Source: a virus
IMG/VR virus record: IMGVR_UViG_3300034954_001721
DNA length: 64,000 nt
Direction: 5' to 3' (one strand)
Shown: positions 55,314 to 64,000 of the stretch, piece by piece
Position numbering within the stretch: position 1 is the first letter of the stretch
Layout of the letters: each line of letters begins with the position of its first letter
Program-made: the position numbers and the translations under genes
Notes under the pieces: generated by a model
The model's database searches: none
What the model was told of the DNA's origin: nothing
Seen by the model: only the letters and a program-made list of their open reading frames with translations

Positions 55314-56092
55314 AATCTCTTTTCGTTAAACAGTATGATGCCTTTGGTGATTGGGTGTCTGCAAATGGACTGATTCGTCATCTGATTGAAGAGCAGTCCT
55401 ATGACAAGGTATATCTGGTTTTGGAGTATAACGAAAGCAGGAAACACTTCATCAATATGTTATATGGTGATGATACTAGAATCACTACCATTATGGATAC
55501 TCAAGTTGATAATACCTGCACACCTAATGATGATGTGATTGATCTAAGATTTGAAAATAATCCACGAACTCGCAGTCATAACCATTGGTGTAATCAAAAT
55601 CTGTATGGAAATTATGTCCATATTGGAGAAGAATCTAACTCCGATAAGTTTTATACTAGACTTGGTATAGATCCGAAAATTAAAAATGATAAATTCTTCT
55701 TCTCAAGAAAGCATGATTTGGAAGAAGAACTTTTTGCTAGTTTAGATGTTGAAGAACCCTATTCGGTCGTATGTGACTATGGTGAAAACCTTATAGATAG
55801 GAAGTATGTGAAGCATAAAAAGATTATCAATCTCCATAATATTTCTCCAAATTTGGTTGATATATTAAAGATTCTTGAGAACTCGGACGATATACATTTG
55901 ATAGAAAACACCGTAGGACTATTTGTATATCATCTACAGTCTGCTAACCTGCTTGATAGATTTAACGTGAATCTTCATGCGTATGCTAGAAAAGAATCTC
56001 ATCGCAAATGTGATGGACCAGATTGTAATAATCCTTATCTAAACATGCTACTTCTACCTAAACTGGATAACTGGGAGGTCGTATGGAATTGA
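55310..56092 (+). CDS. hypothetical GT-B-like protein
   Basis: AFGD at the N-terminus; ILENSDDIHLIEN; HAYAR. Confidence 0.55.
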   Translation: MKSLFVKQYDAFGDWVSANGLIRHLIEEQSYDKVYLVLEYNESRKHFINMLYGDDTRITTIMDTQVDNTCTPNDDVIDLRFENNPRTRSHNHWCNQNLYGNYVHIGEESNSDKFYTRLGIDPKIKNDKFFFSRKHDLEEELFASLDVEEPYSVVCDYGENLIDRKYVKHKKIINLHNISPNLVDILKILENSDDIHLIENTVGLFVYHLQSANLLDRFNVNLHAYARKESHRKCDGPDCNNPYLNMLLLPKLDNWEVVWN

Positions 56093-56418
56093 AACCATGG
56101 GGTTCTTATACTAATATTCTTGATGAAGAATATACTAAAGTAAAGAAGATTGTAATCAAGTCTGGTGAGTCACCAAGTTATCAGTATCATTTCAAGAGAA
56201 GTGAAATCTGGGTTATCGTAAAAGGGTCTGCAGAGGTCAAGATTGACGATAACATCATGACTCACGGTGTTGGTGATGTTATTAGAATTCCTAAGGAAGC
56301 AAAGCATCAAGTAACAAACATTTCAAATGAAGATTTAGTTTTTATTGAAGTACAACTTGGTGAATACTTTGGTGAAGATGATATTGTGAGGTTAAATGAC
56401 AAGTATGGCAGAGTATAA
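56083..56418 (+). CDS. mannose-6-phosphate isomerase type II cupin
   Basis: KPWG, SYQYH..RSEIW, IEVQLG, EDDIVR. Confidence 0.85.
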   Translation: MELKPWGSYTNILDEEYTKVKKIVIKSGESPSYQYHFKRSEIWVIVKGSAEVKIDDNIMTHGVGDVIRIPKEAKHQVTNISNEDLVFIEVQLGEYFGEDDIVRLNDKYGRV

Positions 56419-57952
56419 GGTATTACTTACAACAAGTGGTCTTGGTTCAAGGTTAGGCAATCTAACCAAATTTACGAATAAGAGTTTGGTTCGCGTTGGT
56501 GATAAACCAGCAATCTCTCATATCATTGAATCATATCCAAAGGATGTTGAGTTTGTAGTGACTATAGGTCATTACGGATCTCATGTGAAGCAGTATCTTT
56601 CTATGGCACACGCTGATAGAAAGATTCAGTTTGTTGAAGTTGATAATTATATGGGTGAGGGAAGCAGTCTCCTTTACTCAATTTCTTTATGTGAAGAGTA
56701 TCTTCAGTGTCCTTTCGTCTTCCATGCATGTGATACTATTCTTCCAAAGAACTATATTAAAGACATAGATTTTTCATCTAACTGGTCTATTGGTGGTGGA
56801 GGAGAGAATAGTCAGGCATATAGAACTCTAAATTGTGTCAATGGTAAGATTGCTTCTATTAATGAGAAAGGGGAGCAAAACTTTGACTATGTTTATATTG
56901 GAGTCTCTGGATTCAAGAACTATATTGAATTCTGGGAAGTATGTAATGAGATTCTAAGTGCAGTCAAGACTAGTGAATTGAGTGATTGTCACGTCATCAG
57001 GAAAATGTCTGACTTCTCTGTGGTAGAAGTTAGTGATTGGTATGATATTGGTAATATTGATTCACTGAAGAAAACTAGAAGTGTTATCAAAGGTACGGTT
57101 CATGTCTTGGATAAAGAAGATGAGAACATCTTTGTCTTTGAAGATTATGTCATCAAGTTTTTCTACAACAAAAAGATTTGTTCTGACAGAGTTGCTAGAA
57201 CTCAGAGTCTGTCTGGATTGGTTCCTGAACTGGTTGCAAGTTCAGAGAACTTCTACAAATACAAGTTTGTAAAAGCAGACCTTCTAGCAGACACTGTAAA
57301 TATCACACGCTTCATTAATCTTCTTCAGTGGGCAGATAAAAAACTTTGGATTCCTAAAGAAGATGAATCCTATAAAGATAATGCACTTTCTTTCTATAAG
57401 GACAAAACTCTGAAGAGAATATCTAAGTTCTTGGATAAGTATAATCTTGAGGATGAGTCTGATGTTATCAATGGTGTTCAGGTTCCACCTGTCAGAGAGA
57501 TGATAGAACAGATTGATTTTGATCGCTTAATTGGATCTAAACCAACTGGATTTCACGGAGACTTCATCTTAGATAATATTCTTGTTAATGAAGAAGGATT
57601 TACATTAATTGACTGGAGACAAGATTTTAATGGTAGTATAGATGCTGGTGATATGAATTATGATATTGCCAAGTTGAATCATAATCTAACTCTCAATCAT
57701 CAAGTTCTTTCTAATAATCTTTTTACAATCAACTCTAAGGATGAAATTACTTGTGATGTCTATGTGAAGAAATCTCACCTAGATTGTAAGGAGTATCTCA
57801 AACACTTCTGTCAATTTAGGGGAGTATCACACGACGATATTCAAATATTGACTTCCCTTATTTGGATAAACATGGCTCCATTGCACGAGCATCCTCTTGA
57901 TATGTTCTTATATTATTTTGGTAAACATAATTTGTTCTTGAACCTTATATGA
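56405..57952 (+). CDS. nucleotidyltransferase fused to APH/choline-kinase-like domain
   Basis: SGLGSRL..NKSL at the N-terminus; HGDFILDNIL, LIDW, GD..YDIAKL at the C-terminus. Confidence 0.85.
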   Translation: MAEYKVLLTTSGLGSRLGNLTKFTNKSLVRVGDKPAISHIIESYPKDVEFVVTIGHYGSHVKQYLSMAHADRKIQFVEVDNYMGEGSSLLYSISLCEEYLQCPFVFHACDTILPKNYIKDIDFSSNWSIGGGGENSQAYRTLNCVNGKIASINEKGEQNFDYVYIGVSGFKNYIEFWEVCNEILSAVKTSELSDCHVIRKMSDFSVVEVSDWYDIGNIDSLKKTRSVIKGTVHVLDKEDENIFVFEDYVIKFFYNKKICSDRVARTQSLSGLVPELVASSENFYKYKFVKADLLADTVNITRFINLLQWADKKLWIPKEDESYKDNALSFYKDKTLKRISKFLDKYNLEDESDVINGVQVPPVREMIEQIDFDRLIGSKPTGFHGDFILDNILVNEEGFTLIDWRQDFNGSIDAGDMNYDIAKLNHNLTLNHQVLSNNLFTINSKDEITCDVYVKKSHLDCKEYLKHFCQFRGVSHDDIQILTSLIWINMAPLHEHPLDMFLYYFGKHNLFLNLI

Positions 57953-58941
57953 ATTTCCCCAAATATTATATTGGTCCAATGAGTAAGAATGTGGTTGATT
58001 GTGTAATCGACCATAAGTATCCTATTGGATTTATTCCTTCAAGACGACAGGTTGATTTTTGTGGAGGGTATGTAAGTGGGTGGGACACAAAATCATTTTC
58101 TGAATATGTAAGAGAAAGAAATTCATCTGTTCTTCTCTGCAGGGATCATGGTGGAGAAAATCAAGGTCAAGAGATGGATGATGGAAATGAGTCTTTTTCA
58201 AATGACTGTGATAACTTTGACTTGATACATATTGATCCTTTTAGAGTGTCTGGCAGTATGTTAGATGCTGCAGAGAAAACCAAATCAATCATAGAAAATC
58301 TTTGGACTAAAAATCCAAATATGATGTATGAGGTTGGAACTGAAGAAGCAATCTATAAGTATCAACCAGAAGAACTAAAGTGGTTCCTTGAGTATCTCAA
58401 GATGGGTTTGACTGTAGAACAGTTTAATCAAATCAAATATGCTGTAGTTCAGTCTGGAACCAGATTAGATTTATCTACAAGAACAAATACTGGCAACTTC
58501 AACAATAGAAGACTCAAGAGTTTTATTCGTGTTGTTAAAAAGTATGGACTTCTTAGTAAAGAACATAATGGTGATTATCTGATTGATTCTTTTGACGTTG
58601 AGATGAGATTTGAATCTGGTCTTGATGCTATTAATATTGCTCCTGAGTTTGGACAGATTGAATCTGAATATTACTTAGAAGAGTGTAGAAAGGATAAAGA
58701 AATATTTGAACGTCTTTATGAATTATGTTATAATTCTGGAAAGTGGAAGAAGTGGGTTAAGGATGTAAAGAGAGTTTCTAAAAGTCAACTCATAATGACT
58801 TGCTGCCATTACATTTTGAGTAATCAAGAATTTATTAATTCAATTAAATCTCACTTTCCAGATTCTGATTCCATCATTAAAAAAAGGATTAATTCTCAAC
58901 TTAAATTATTAAATGAGCAGACAAAAAACTATCGCATTTGA
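57949..58941 (+). CDS. GatZ/KbaZ-like (tagatose-6-phosphate 4-epimerase-like) TIM-barrel protein
   Basis: RDHGG, IHID, EVGTEE, VVQSG, EHNGDY, NIAPEFG parallel the GatZ motifs. Confidence 0.65.
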   Translation: MNFPKYYIGPMSKNVVDCVIDHKYPIGFIPSRRQVDFCGGYVSGWDTKSFSEYVRERNSSVLLCRDHGGENQGQEMDDGNESFSNDCDNFDLIHIDPFRVSGSMLDAAEKTKSIIENLWTKNPNMMYEVGTEEAIYKYQPEELKWFLEYLKMGLTVEQFNQIKYAVVQSGTRLDLSTRTNTGNFNNRRLKSFIRVVKKYGLLSKEHNGDYLIDSFDVEMRFESGLDAINIAPEFGQIESEYYLEECRKDKEIFERLYELCYNSGKWKKWVKDVKRVSKSQLIMTCCHYILSNQEFINSIKSHFPDSDSIIKKRINSQLKLLNEQTKNYRI

Positions 58942-59293
58942 TTTGGATGATGTTATTTGTTGGAGACCCAAAGGATATGAGGACTTGGGTCCATTCAAGT
59001 ATGATCATTGCCAACCAATTCAAGAAACAATTGACTTGGTAAATGAACTTCACGATGACGGACATAAGATTGTGGTTTATACTGCAAGAGGAATGTCTCA
59101 ATACAAAGGTGATGTGAATTTAATTTATTCAAATTTATATTGTAGAACGATATCACAACTTGATAAATGGGGTGTTAAGTATGATCAGTTAGTGATGGGT
59201 AAGATTCATTTTGATGTTCTAGTTGATGATAAGGTTTGGAACTCTCGTAAGATTACAAAGAAAGCAATTGAGAATTTGTTAAATGAAAACTGA
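58913..59293 (+). CDS. small HAD phosphatase (capsule-biosynthesis type)
   Basis: DLDD, YTARGM, MGK, DDK. Confidence 0.85.
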   Translation: MSRQKTIAFDLDDVICWRPKGYEDLGPFKYDHCQPIQETIDLVNELHDDGHKIVVYTARGMSQYKGDVNLIYSNLYCRTISQLDKWGVKYDQLVMGKIHFDVLVDDKVWNSRKITKKAIENLLNEN

Positions 59294-60062
59294 TATCGTT
59301 ATTTCAATCAACGTTCATGAAAAACCAGAATATTTGCTGAATCAGATTGAAAATATAAACAAGCATGTAAAACTCAACAAAAAAATCATTTTGAATTGTA
59401 ATGATTATATGTTGAAGGAAATGAGCTCTAGAAATATTACTGATGTTGAAGTTTTTCCTGAAGCAATATCGAAGAGACCCTTTCATGGTTCTCTGATGCA
59501 TGGTATTACTTGTAATATGTCACATGCAGTTAATAAGTATGACTTTGATTATTTTCTTGTTCTCTCATCTAGGGAGTTTTTCTATAGGGATCTTACAGAA
59601 ATTTCACAGATAGAAGAGTGTCTTGTCATAAAGCAGAGTGGAGACATTGATTTTAGATTTCCAAATCTATATGAGTCTGGCAACTACTGTAAAGTATCTG
59701 GAGACCATGCTGATTGGTTAGGAGCAAATGAAGATTCTGATTTAGTCAGTATGTGGTGGTGGCCAAAGTTTAGTAGAACAGAATTATATCAATACATCAA
59801 AACGTATAATATGAAGTTCGCTCATTCCATGCACGAGGGTGTGTGCTTTAGAAAGGATGGTTGTGACTATATAATGAACTTCTTTGAAACAAATGAAGAT
59901 ATGATGTATGAACTATTTGATTTTGATGGTTGTGTAGAGGAGTTTGCACTACAATCGATCGCAGCAAATCATGAAGGTTTTTACTATCTTGGGAATGGAT
60001 GTGATACCAAATCATTAGAAGAAGTTAATCCAGATAAGTTTACTCATAAGAAAACCAGATGA
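59283..60062 (+). CDS. hypothetical GT-like protein
   Basis: INVHE..QIENI; HEG; VEE; within the glycan operon. Confidence 0.55.
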   Translation: MKTDIVISINVHEKPEYLLNQIENINKHVKLNKKIILNCNDYMLKEMSSRNITDVEVFPEAISKRPFHGSLMHGITCNMSHAVNKYDFDYFLVLSSREFFYRDLTEISQIEECLVIKQSGDIDFRFPNLYESGNYCKVSGDHADWLGANEDSDLVSMWWWPKFSRTELYQYIKTYNMKFAHSMHEGVCFRKDGCDYIMNFFETNEDMMYELFDFDGCVEEFALQSIAANHEGFYYLGNGCDTKSLEEVNPDKFTHKKTR

Positions 60063-60898
60063 AAAAGTGTTTATTTGTAATCACGGGAGACACCTTTCGT
60101 ATCGGCGGACAACGTTCTACAGGAAAGGGTGGTGATGAATCTTTCAGGAGACAGAACTTAGCAACAGATTCTCACTTAAGATTTTTTGAGAGTATTGAAA
60201 AAAAATTTGATATTCAATGCGATGTCTTTCTGAATATCTACAAGTGTAATGATGAGTATGATAAGCAACTGTTTGAATGGTATGGTGATAGAGTAGTTCA
60301 AAGTAAGATTCATCCAGGTAGATTGGGTAGTGAATTTGAAATGATCTATGATACAATCGGTAGACTTATAAATTCAAAAATTGATGACTATGAGTTCGTT
60401 ATGTTCATCAGACCTGATTGGTATCTGAAGAAGTATTTTGATGAAGTATTCAGACCAGACCCTGAAAGAGTTCTCTACGCTCATCTAGACGCTGGATATA
60501 AATTAGTTGAGAATCCTACTGGATTTATTGATGGAGGTGGTAGAAGGAGAGATATACCACACGTATGTCATTGTATTACCTATTGTCCTAAAAAGCATTA
60601 TAGATGGTTGTTGGAAAACAGAGTTTGGCATTGGCACGATTCCCTTCTTAGATTGGAACAACATCTTCCAAGAACTCAGTTTGGATTCTTCATAGATACC
60701 GTTCATTGGTGTTGCAGTAGTCTTGATTGGAATCCTCTTTACTCTCTAGTTGGTAGAGACGAACATCTTGAATACAAGTTTCCTAACATCTCATATGATA
60801 TTGAAACGCACACGGTACACCATGTAGACACACTTGAAAGATACAAGGATGTGTTGTATACTGATACGATAGAGGAGAACTTGAAATCCTATGGATAA
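60059..60898 (+). CDS. hypothetical GT-like protein
   Basis: ITGDTFR...YEFVMFIRPD. Confidence 0.55.
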   Translation: MKKCLFVITGDTFRIGGQRSTGKGGDESFRRQNLATDSHLRFFESIEKKFDIQCDVFLNIYKCNDEYDKQLFEWYGDRVVQSKIHPGRLGSEFEMIYDTIGRLINSKIDDYEFVMFIRPDWYLKKYFDEVFRPDPERVLYAHLDAGYKLVENPTGFIDGGGRRRDIPHVCHCITYCPKKHYRWLLENRVWHWHDSLLRLEQHLPRTQFGFFIDTVHWCCSSLDWNPLYSLVGRDEHLEYKFPNISYDIETHTVHHVDTLERYKDVLYTDTIEENLKSYG

Positions 60899-61634
60899 AA
60901 TCACGCTGGCGATACCTTTTTATAATACGTCCAGATATTTCAAAGAAGCAACTGAACTCGCACTCAAGTCTGATTTTGTGCGAGAGATTGTTGTGAGTGA
61001 TGATTGTTCTACAGACGAAGAATCAAATAATCTGAAGAACATTGTTTCTGAACTTGGTAGTGATAAAATTAAAGTTTATCGTAATGAAAAGAATCTTGGT
61101 GGATTCAGAAATAAGTACACTGCAGTAGGACATGCTACTTCTGAGTGGGTTTATCTCCTTGATAGTGATAATAATCCAGCAGAAGATACTTTGAGTATTA
61201 TTGAATCTATTGAGGACCCAAATCCAGACCTTTGCTATGTTCCACAAACACTCAAGCTTCACAAGGTTGGTGAAGAAAGTTGGGAGATTAGTTATAATTT
61301 TAGGTATGATGAAATTGGTATTGATGAAGCACAGGATGCTCTTCTCAAGAAGACAAAACACTTTGATTGGTTGTTGAATACTGGTAACTTTGTTTTCAAC
61401 CGAGAGAACTATCTTGAAAGACTATCTGGTGGATATGCTAATCTGGATGAACCAGTTTACGCTTGTAGTATTGCATTCTCATATCATTGGTTGGATAATG
61501 GTGGACGATATAAGGTTGTTCCTGGAATGAGTTACTATCATCGCTTGAGAAATGATAGTTATTGGAACAGTTGTGGAAGCAACTCTGATTTGTCCGCTAG
61601 ATATTATCATGAGAGGATTATTAACTTACAATGA
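60891..61634 (+). CDS. glycosyltransferase family 2
   Basis: IPFYN, SDDCSTD, NLG, LLDSD. Confidence 0.88.
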   Translation: MDKITLAIPFYNTSRYFKEATELALKSDFVREIVVSDDCSTDEESNNLKNIVSELGSDKIKVYRNEKNLGGFRNKYTAVGHATSEWVYLLDSDNNPAEDTLSIIESIEDPNPDLCYVPQTLKLHKVGEESWEISYNFRYDEIGIDEAQDALLKKTKHFDWLLNTGNFVFNRENYLERLSGGYANLDEPVYACSIAFSYHWLDNGGRYKVVPGMSYYHRLRNDSYWNSCGSNSDLSARYYHERIINLQ

Positions 61635-62353
61635 TTACAGTCTCTATACCTTTTTACAATACAGTTGACTATCTTGAATCACTTCTTGAAGAGATAGTTG
61701 ACTCTTTTTTCATTGATGAAATTGTAATCAGTAACGATGCCTCTGATTATAGTGTTGAGATCGATCATCCTAAGATTAAAATATACCATAATGCAGTTAA
61801 TCAAGGTGCTTTTCGGAACAAATATTTAAGCGTTGCCCGTGCATCAAACGATTGGGTTTACCTTTTAGACAGCGATAATAAGCTTCCCGAAAGTTCTATA
61901 GATATACTAGAGAATATTCAAGATCTAGATCCTGACACATATTATTCTCCTATTCAACTGAACTTGGTAAATGATGGTCTAGACGAATCGCTTGATGGAA
62001 AAACAGTTGTATATGATTTTCCAGAAAGAACGATAGATTTAGAACTAGCAAAAGAATACCTGGCAAATGATACGGGTCAAATTCAATGGTTTTTGAACAC
62101 GGGTAATTTTCTTGTCAACAAGAAAACTTATCTTGAAACCATGAAGTTTATCTTTGATAATCCCAATCATAAACACCTTGAGGCGGATGCTATGGCATTC
62201 ACCACGCATTGGTTGAGAAAAAATAAAAAGATTCAAATCGTTCCAGATCTTTGTTACGAACACAGAGTTAGACCACAAAGTTACTCCCATGCCTTTGGTT
62301 CAAGAGGTTCTGAGTCCCTGCATTATCATAGAAAACTATTATTACAATCATGA
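61631..62353 (+). CDS. glycosyltransferase family 2 (paralog)
   Basis: IPFYN, SNDAS, FRNKY, WVYLLDSDN, LNTGNF. Confidence 0.88.
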   Translation: MITVSIPFYNTVDYLESLLEEIVDSFFIDEIVISNDASDYSVEIDHPKIKIYHNAVNQGAFRNKYLSVARASNDWVYLLDSDNKLPESSIDILENIQDLDPDTYYSPIQLNLVNDGLDESLDGKTVVYDFPERTIDLELAKEYLANDTGQIQWFLNTGNFLVNKKTYLETMKFIFDNPNHKHLEADAMAFTTHWLRKNKKIQIVPDLCYEHRVRPQSYSHAFGSRGSESLHYHRKLLLQS

Positions 62354-63222
62354 TTAGAATTGCTGACGTGCCGGAGAAGTTTCTCCCTTCAATGCCTGTT
62401 CAATATCCTCCTCATCAAGGATATAATCCAATGATTGAAGAAAGGGCATACTCTTTCTTCAAGACTCAAGAAGTTGAGTCTGACTATATCTACATTCCAA
62501 TTCAATGGACTGCTTGGCACATTAATCCTAGTGGTGCATATGGTCAAAATACTCAACCACTGATTGATTATTGTAATGAACTAACCTCAAAACATCCAGA
62601 TGAGAAGTTCTTTACTGTAGTTCAGTATGATGGTGGAACTTTAGTTCCTATTGATAACTGCACAATCTTTGGTTCTTCTGGTGATTTCAGTTCTCCTGTT
62701 GGAAAGAACTCTAAGTATGAACCTATTCCACTTTTGTGTGATGCACATGGTGGTGCTCCTAATCCTGTGAGAGAATATAAGGTTGGATATGCTGGTCGTG
62801 ACACTCACCCAATCAGGGAGCGTATGAATCAGTTGATGGCACATCTTCCACAGTATAAGTTTGCTATCAACTTAAATCATAATCATACGAGTGTGTTTAG
62901 AGATATTCTTTATAACTCTGTTTTCGCACTTGCACCTAGGGGATTTGGACCTGCATCTTTTAGAATGTATGAAGCAATTCAAATGCAGTGTGTGCCCATT
63001 TACATTAGTGACGTAATGTGGCTTCCCTTTACAGATTATATTGAATGGGATAAAATGTGTCTGTTAGTTCATCCAGATGAAATGGAATCCATCCCTCAAA
63101 AAGTTGATGAACTTCTTGAGAGTGGTAAGTATCAAGACATGGTTGACTACGGTCAAGAAATTTATGAGAAACACTTAACCTGGGATGGTTGCCTGAGAAC
63201 AATTGCTAAAATGGTATGCTGA
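62350..63222 (+). CDS. exostosin-like glycosyltransferase (GT47)
   Basis: SVFALAPRG..SFRMYEAI..CVPI..D..LPF...IEW. Confidence 0.85.
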   Translation: MIRIADVPEKFLPSMPVQYPPHQGYNPMIEERAYSFFKTQEVESDYIYIPIQWTAWHINPSGAYGQNTQPLIDYCNELTSKHPDEKFFTVVQYDGGTLVPIDNCTIFGSSGDFSSPVGKNSKYEPIPLLCDAHGGAPNPVREYKVGYAGRDTHPIRERMNQLMAHLPQYKFAINLNHNHTSVFRDILYNSVFALAPRGFGPASFRMYEAIQMQCVPIYISDVMWLPFTDYIEWDKMCLLVHPDEMESIPQKVDELLESGKYQDMVDYGQEIYEKHLTWDGCLRTIAKMVC

Positions 63223-63842
63223 TTAATTTTACTAACCTGTATAGGAAATATAAAATGGACGTGAAAGGTATCGTCCATATTGGAGCTCACTATGGTGAGG
63301 AAATTCAAGAATATGTTGATAATGGTATTCAAAAGATTACTGTTTTTGAACCACTTTCTGATAACTTTGATGTTTTATCTGAGAGACTGAAAGATGTTAA
63401 TGCTGACATCGAAGGTTATCAGGTTGCTCTCGGCAGTAAGAAAGGTACTGCAACCATGTTCCTCAGCAGCAATGAAGCACAGAGTAGTTCCATCTTGAAA
63501 CCAAAAGATCATTTAGAGCATCATCCTGACGTGTCTTTTGATGGAACTGAAGAGGTTGAAGTAGAAACGCTTGATAGTTACAATATTGGTGAGGCAAATT
63601 TCATCAATATTGATGTTCAAGGATATGAACTTGAAGTATTCAAGGGTGCAAAGAAGACACTCAAGAAAGTTGATTATATCTACTGCGAAGTCAATCGTGG
63701 TGAGATGTATGAAAACAATGCAATGGTTGAAGAATTAGATGAATATCTTGGTAAATATAACTTTCAACGGGTAGAAACTCACTGGCCAGAGACCTGGTAT
63801 AAATGGGGTGACGCACTTTACATCAAAAACAAGGGAGAATAA
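63216..63842 (+). CDS. FkbM-family methyltransferase
   Basis: HIGAHYG, FEP, ALG, SSS, TLD, IDVQGYE. Confidence 0.9.
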   Translation: MLINFTNLYRKYKMDVKGIVHIGAHYGEEIQEYVDNGIQKITVFEPLSDNFDVLSERLKDVNADIEGYQVALGSKKGTATMFLSSNEAQSSSILKPKDHLEHHPDVSFDGTEEVEVETLDSYNIGEANFINIDVQGYELEVFKGAKKTLKKVDYIYCEVNRGEMYENNAMVEELDEYLGKYNFQRVETHWPETWYKWGDALYIKNKGE

Positions 63843-63845
63843 TCA

Positions 63846-64000
63846 ATGCCTAAAACTAAAAAACAATCAGTTCCAGACCCCACTAGAGGGAAAAGTCTCA
63901 TGTATTGGGAACCAACTTATGTTTGGACTACCAAATTTCTGAATGAACATCCAGAACTTAAAATTGGTGCTGAAATTGGTTGTGCCGCAGGTCAACACAT
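63846..64000 (+). CDS. 3'-truncated probable SAM-dependent methyltransferase
   Basis: GAEIGCAAG motif I at the window edge. Confidence 0.55.
   Translation, partial: MPKTKKQSVPDPTRGKSLMYWEPTYVWTTKFLNEHPELKIGAEIGCAAGQH

Overview
This is a 64-kb segment of a T4-like marine cyanomyovirus. A Synechococcus host is probable, inferred from zwf/gnd/PTOX and the mostly UNN-anticodon tRNAs. From left to right it holds: (1) the T4-type replication module (cobS, gp45, gp44, dam, gp62, regA, hsp20, gp43, uvsX, gp41, mazG, gp61, nrdA, nrdB) with a few accessory insertions; (2) late-expressed, low-complexity proteins, several with an N-terminal leader resembling the T4 capsid-targeting sequence (MK[T/S][Y/F]xxFxxE) followed by cationic amphipathic cargo; (3) a block of secreted and membrane proteins; (4) seven tRNAs interleaved with structured non-coding RNAs (manA-like, a three-unit wcaG-like RNA, and an unassigned pseudoknot); (5) the auxiliary metabolic genes ptox-gnd-zwf; and (6) a glycan locus of more than 17 kb that runs off the window end. 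That locus encodes GDP-fucose synthesis, GT11/GT61/GT47/GT2 transferases, FkbM, and two parallel cassettes that look like ketose-phosphate epimerase + nucleotidyltransferase + HAD pathways. The best candidates for an undescribed system are the leader-plus-cargo capsid-packaged protein family and the double ketose-activation glycan pathway. All family assignments come from motif recognition only; no searches were run.
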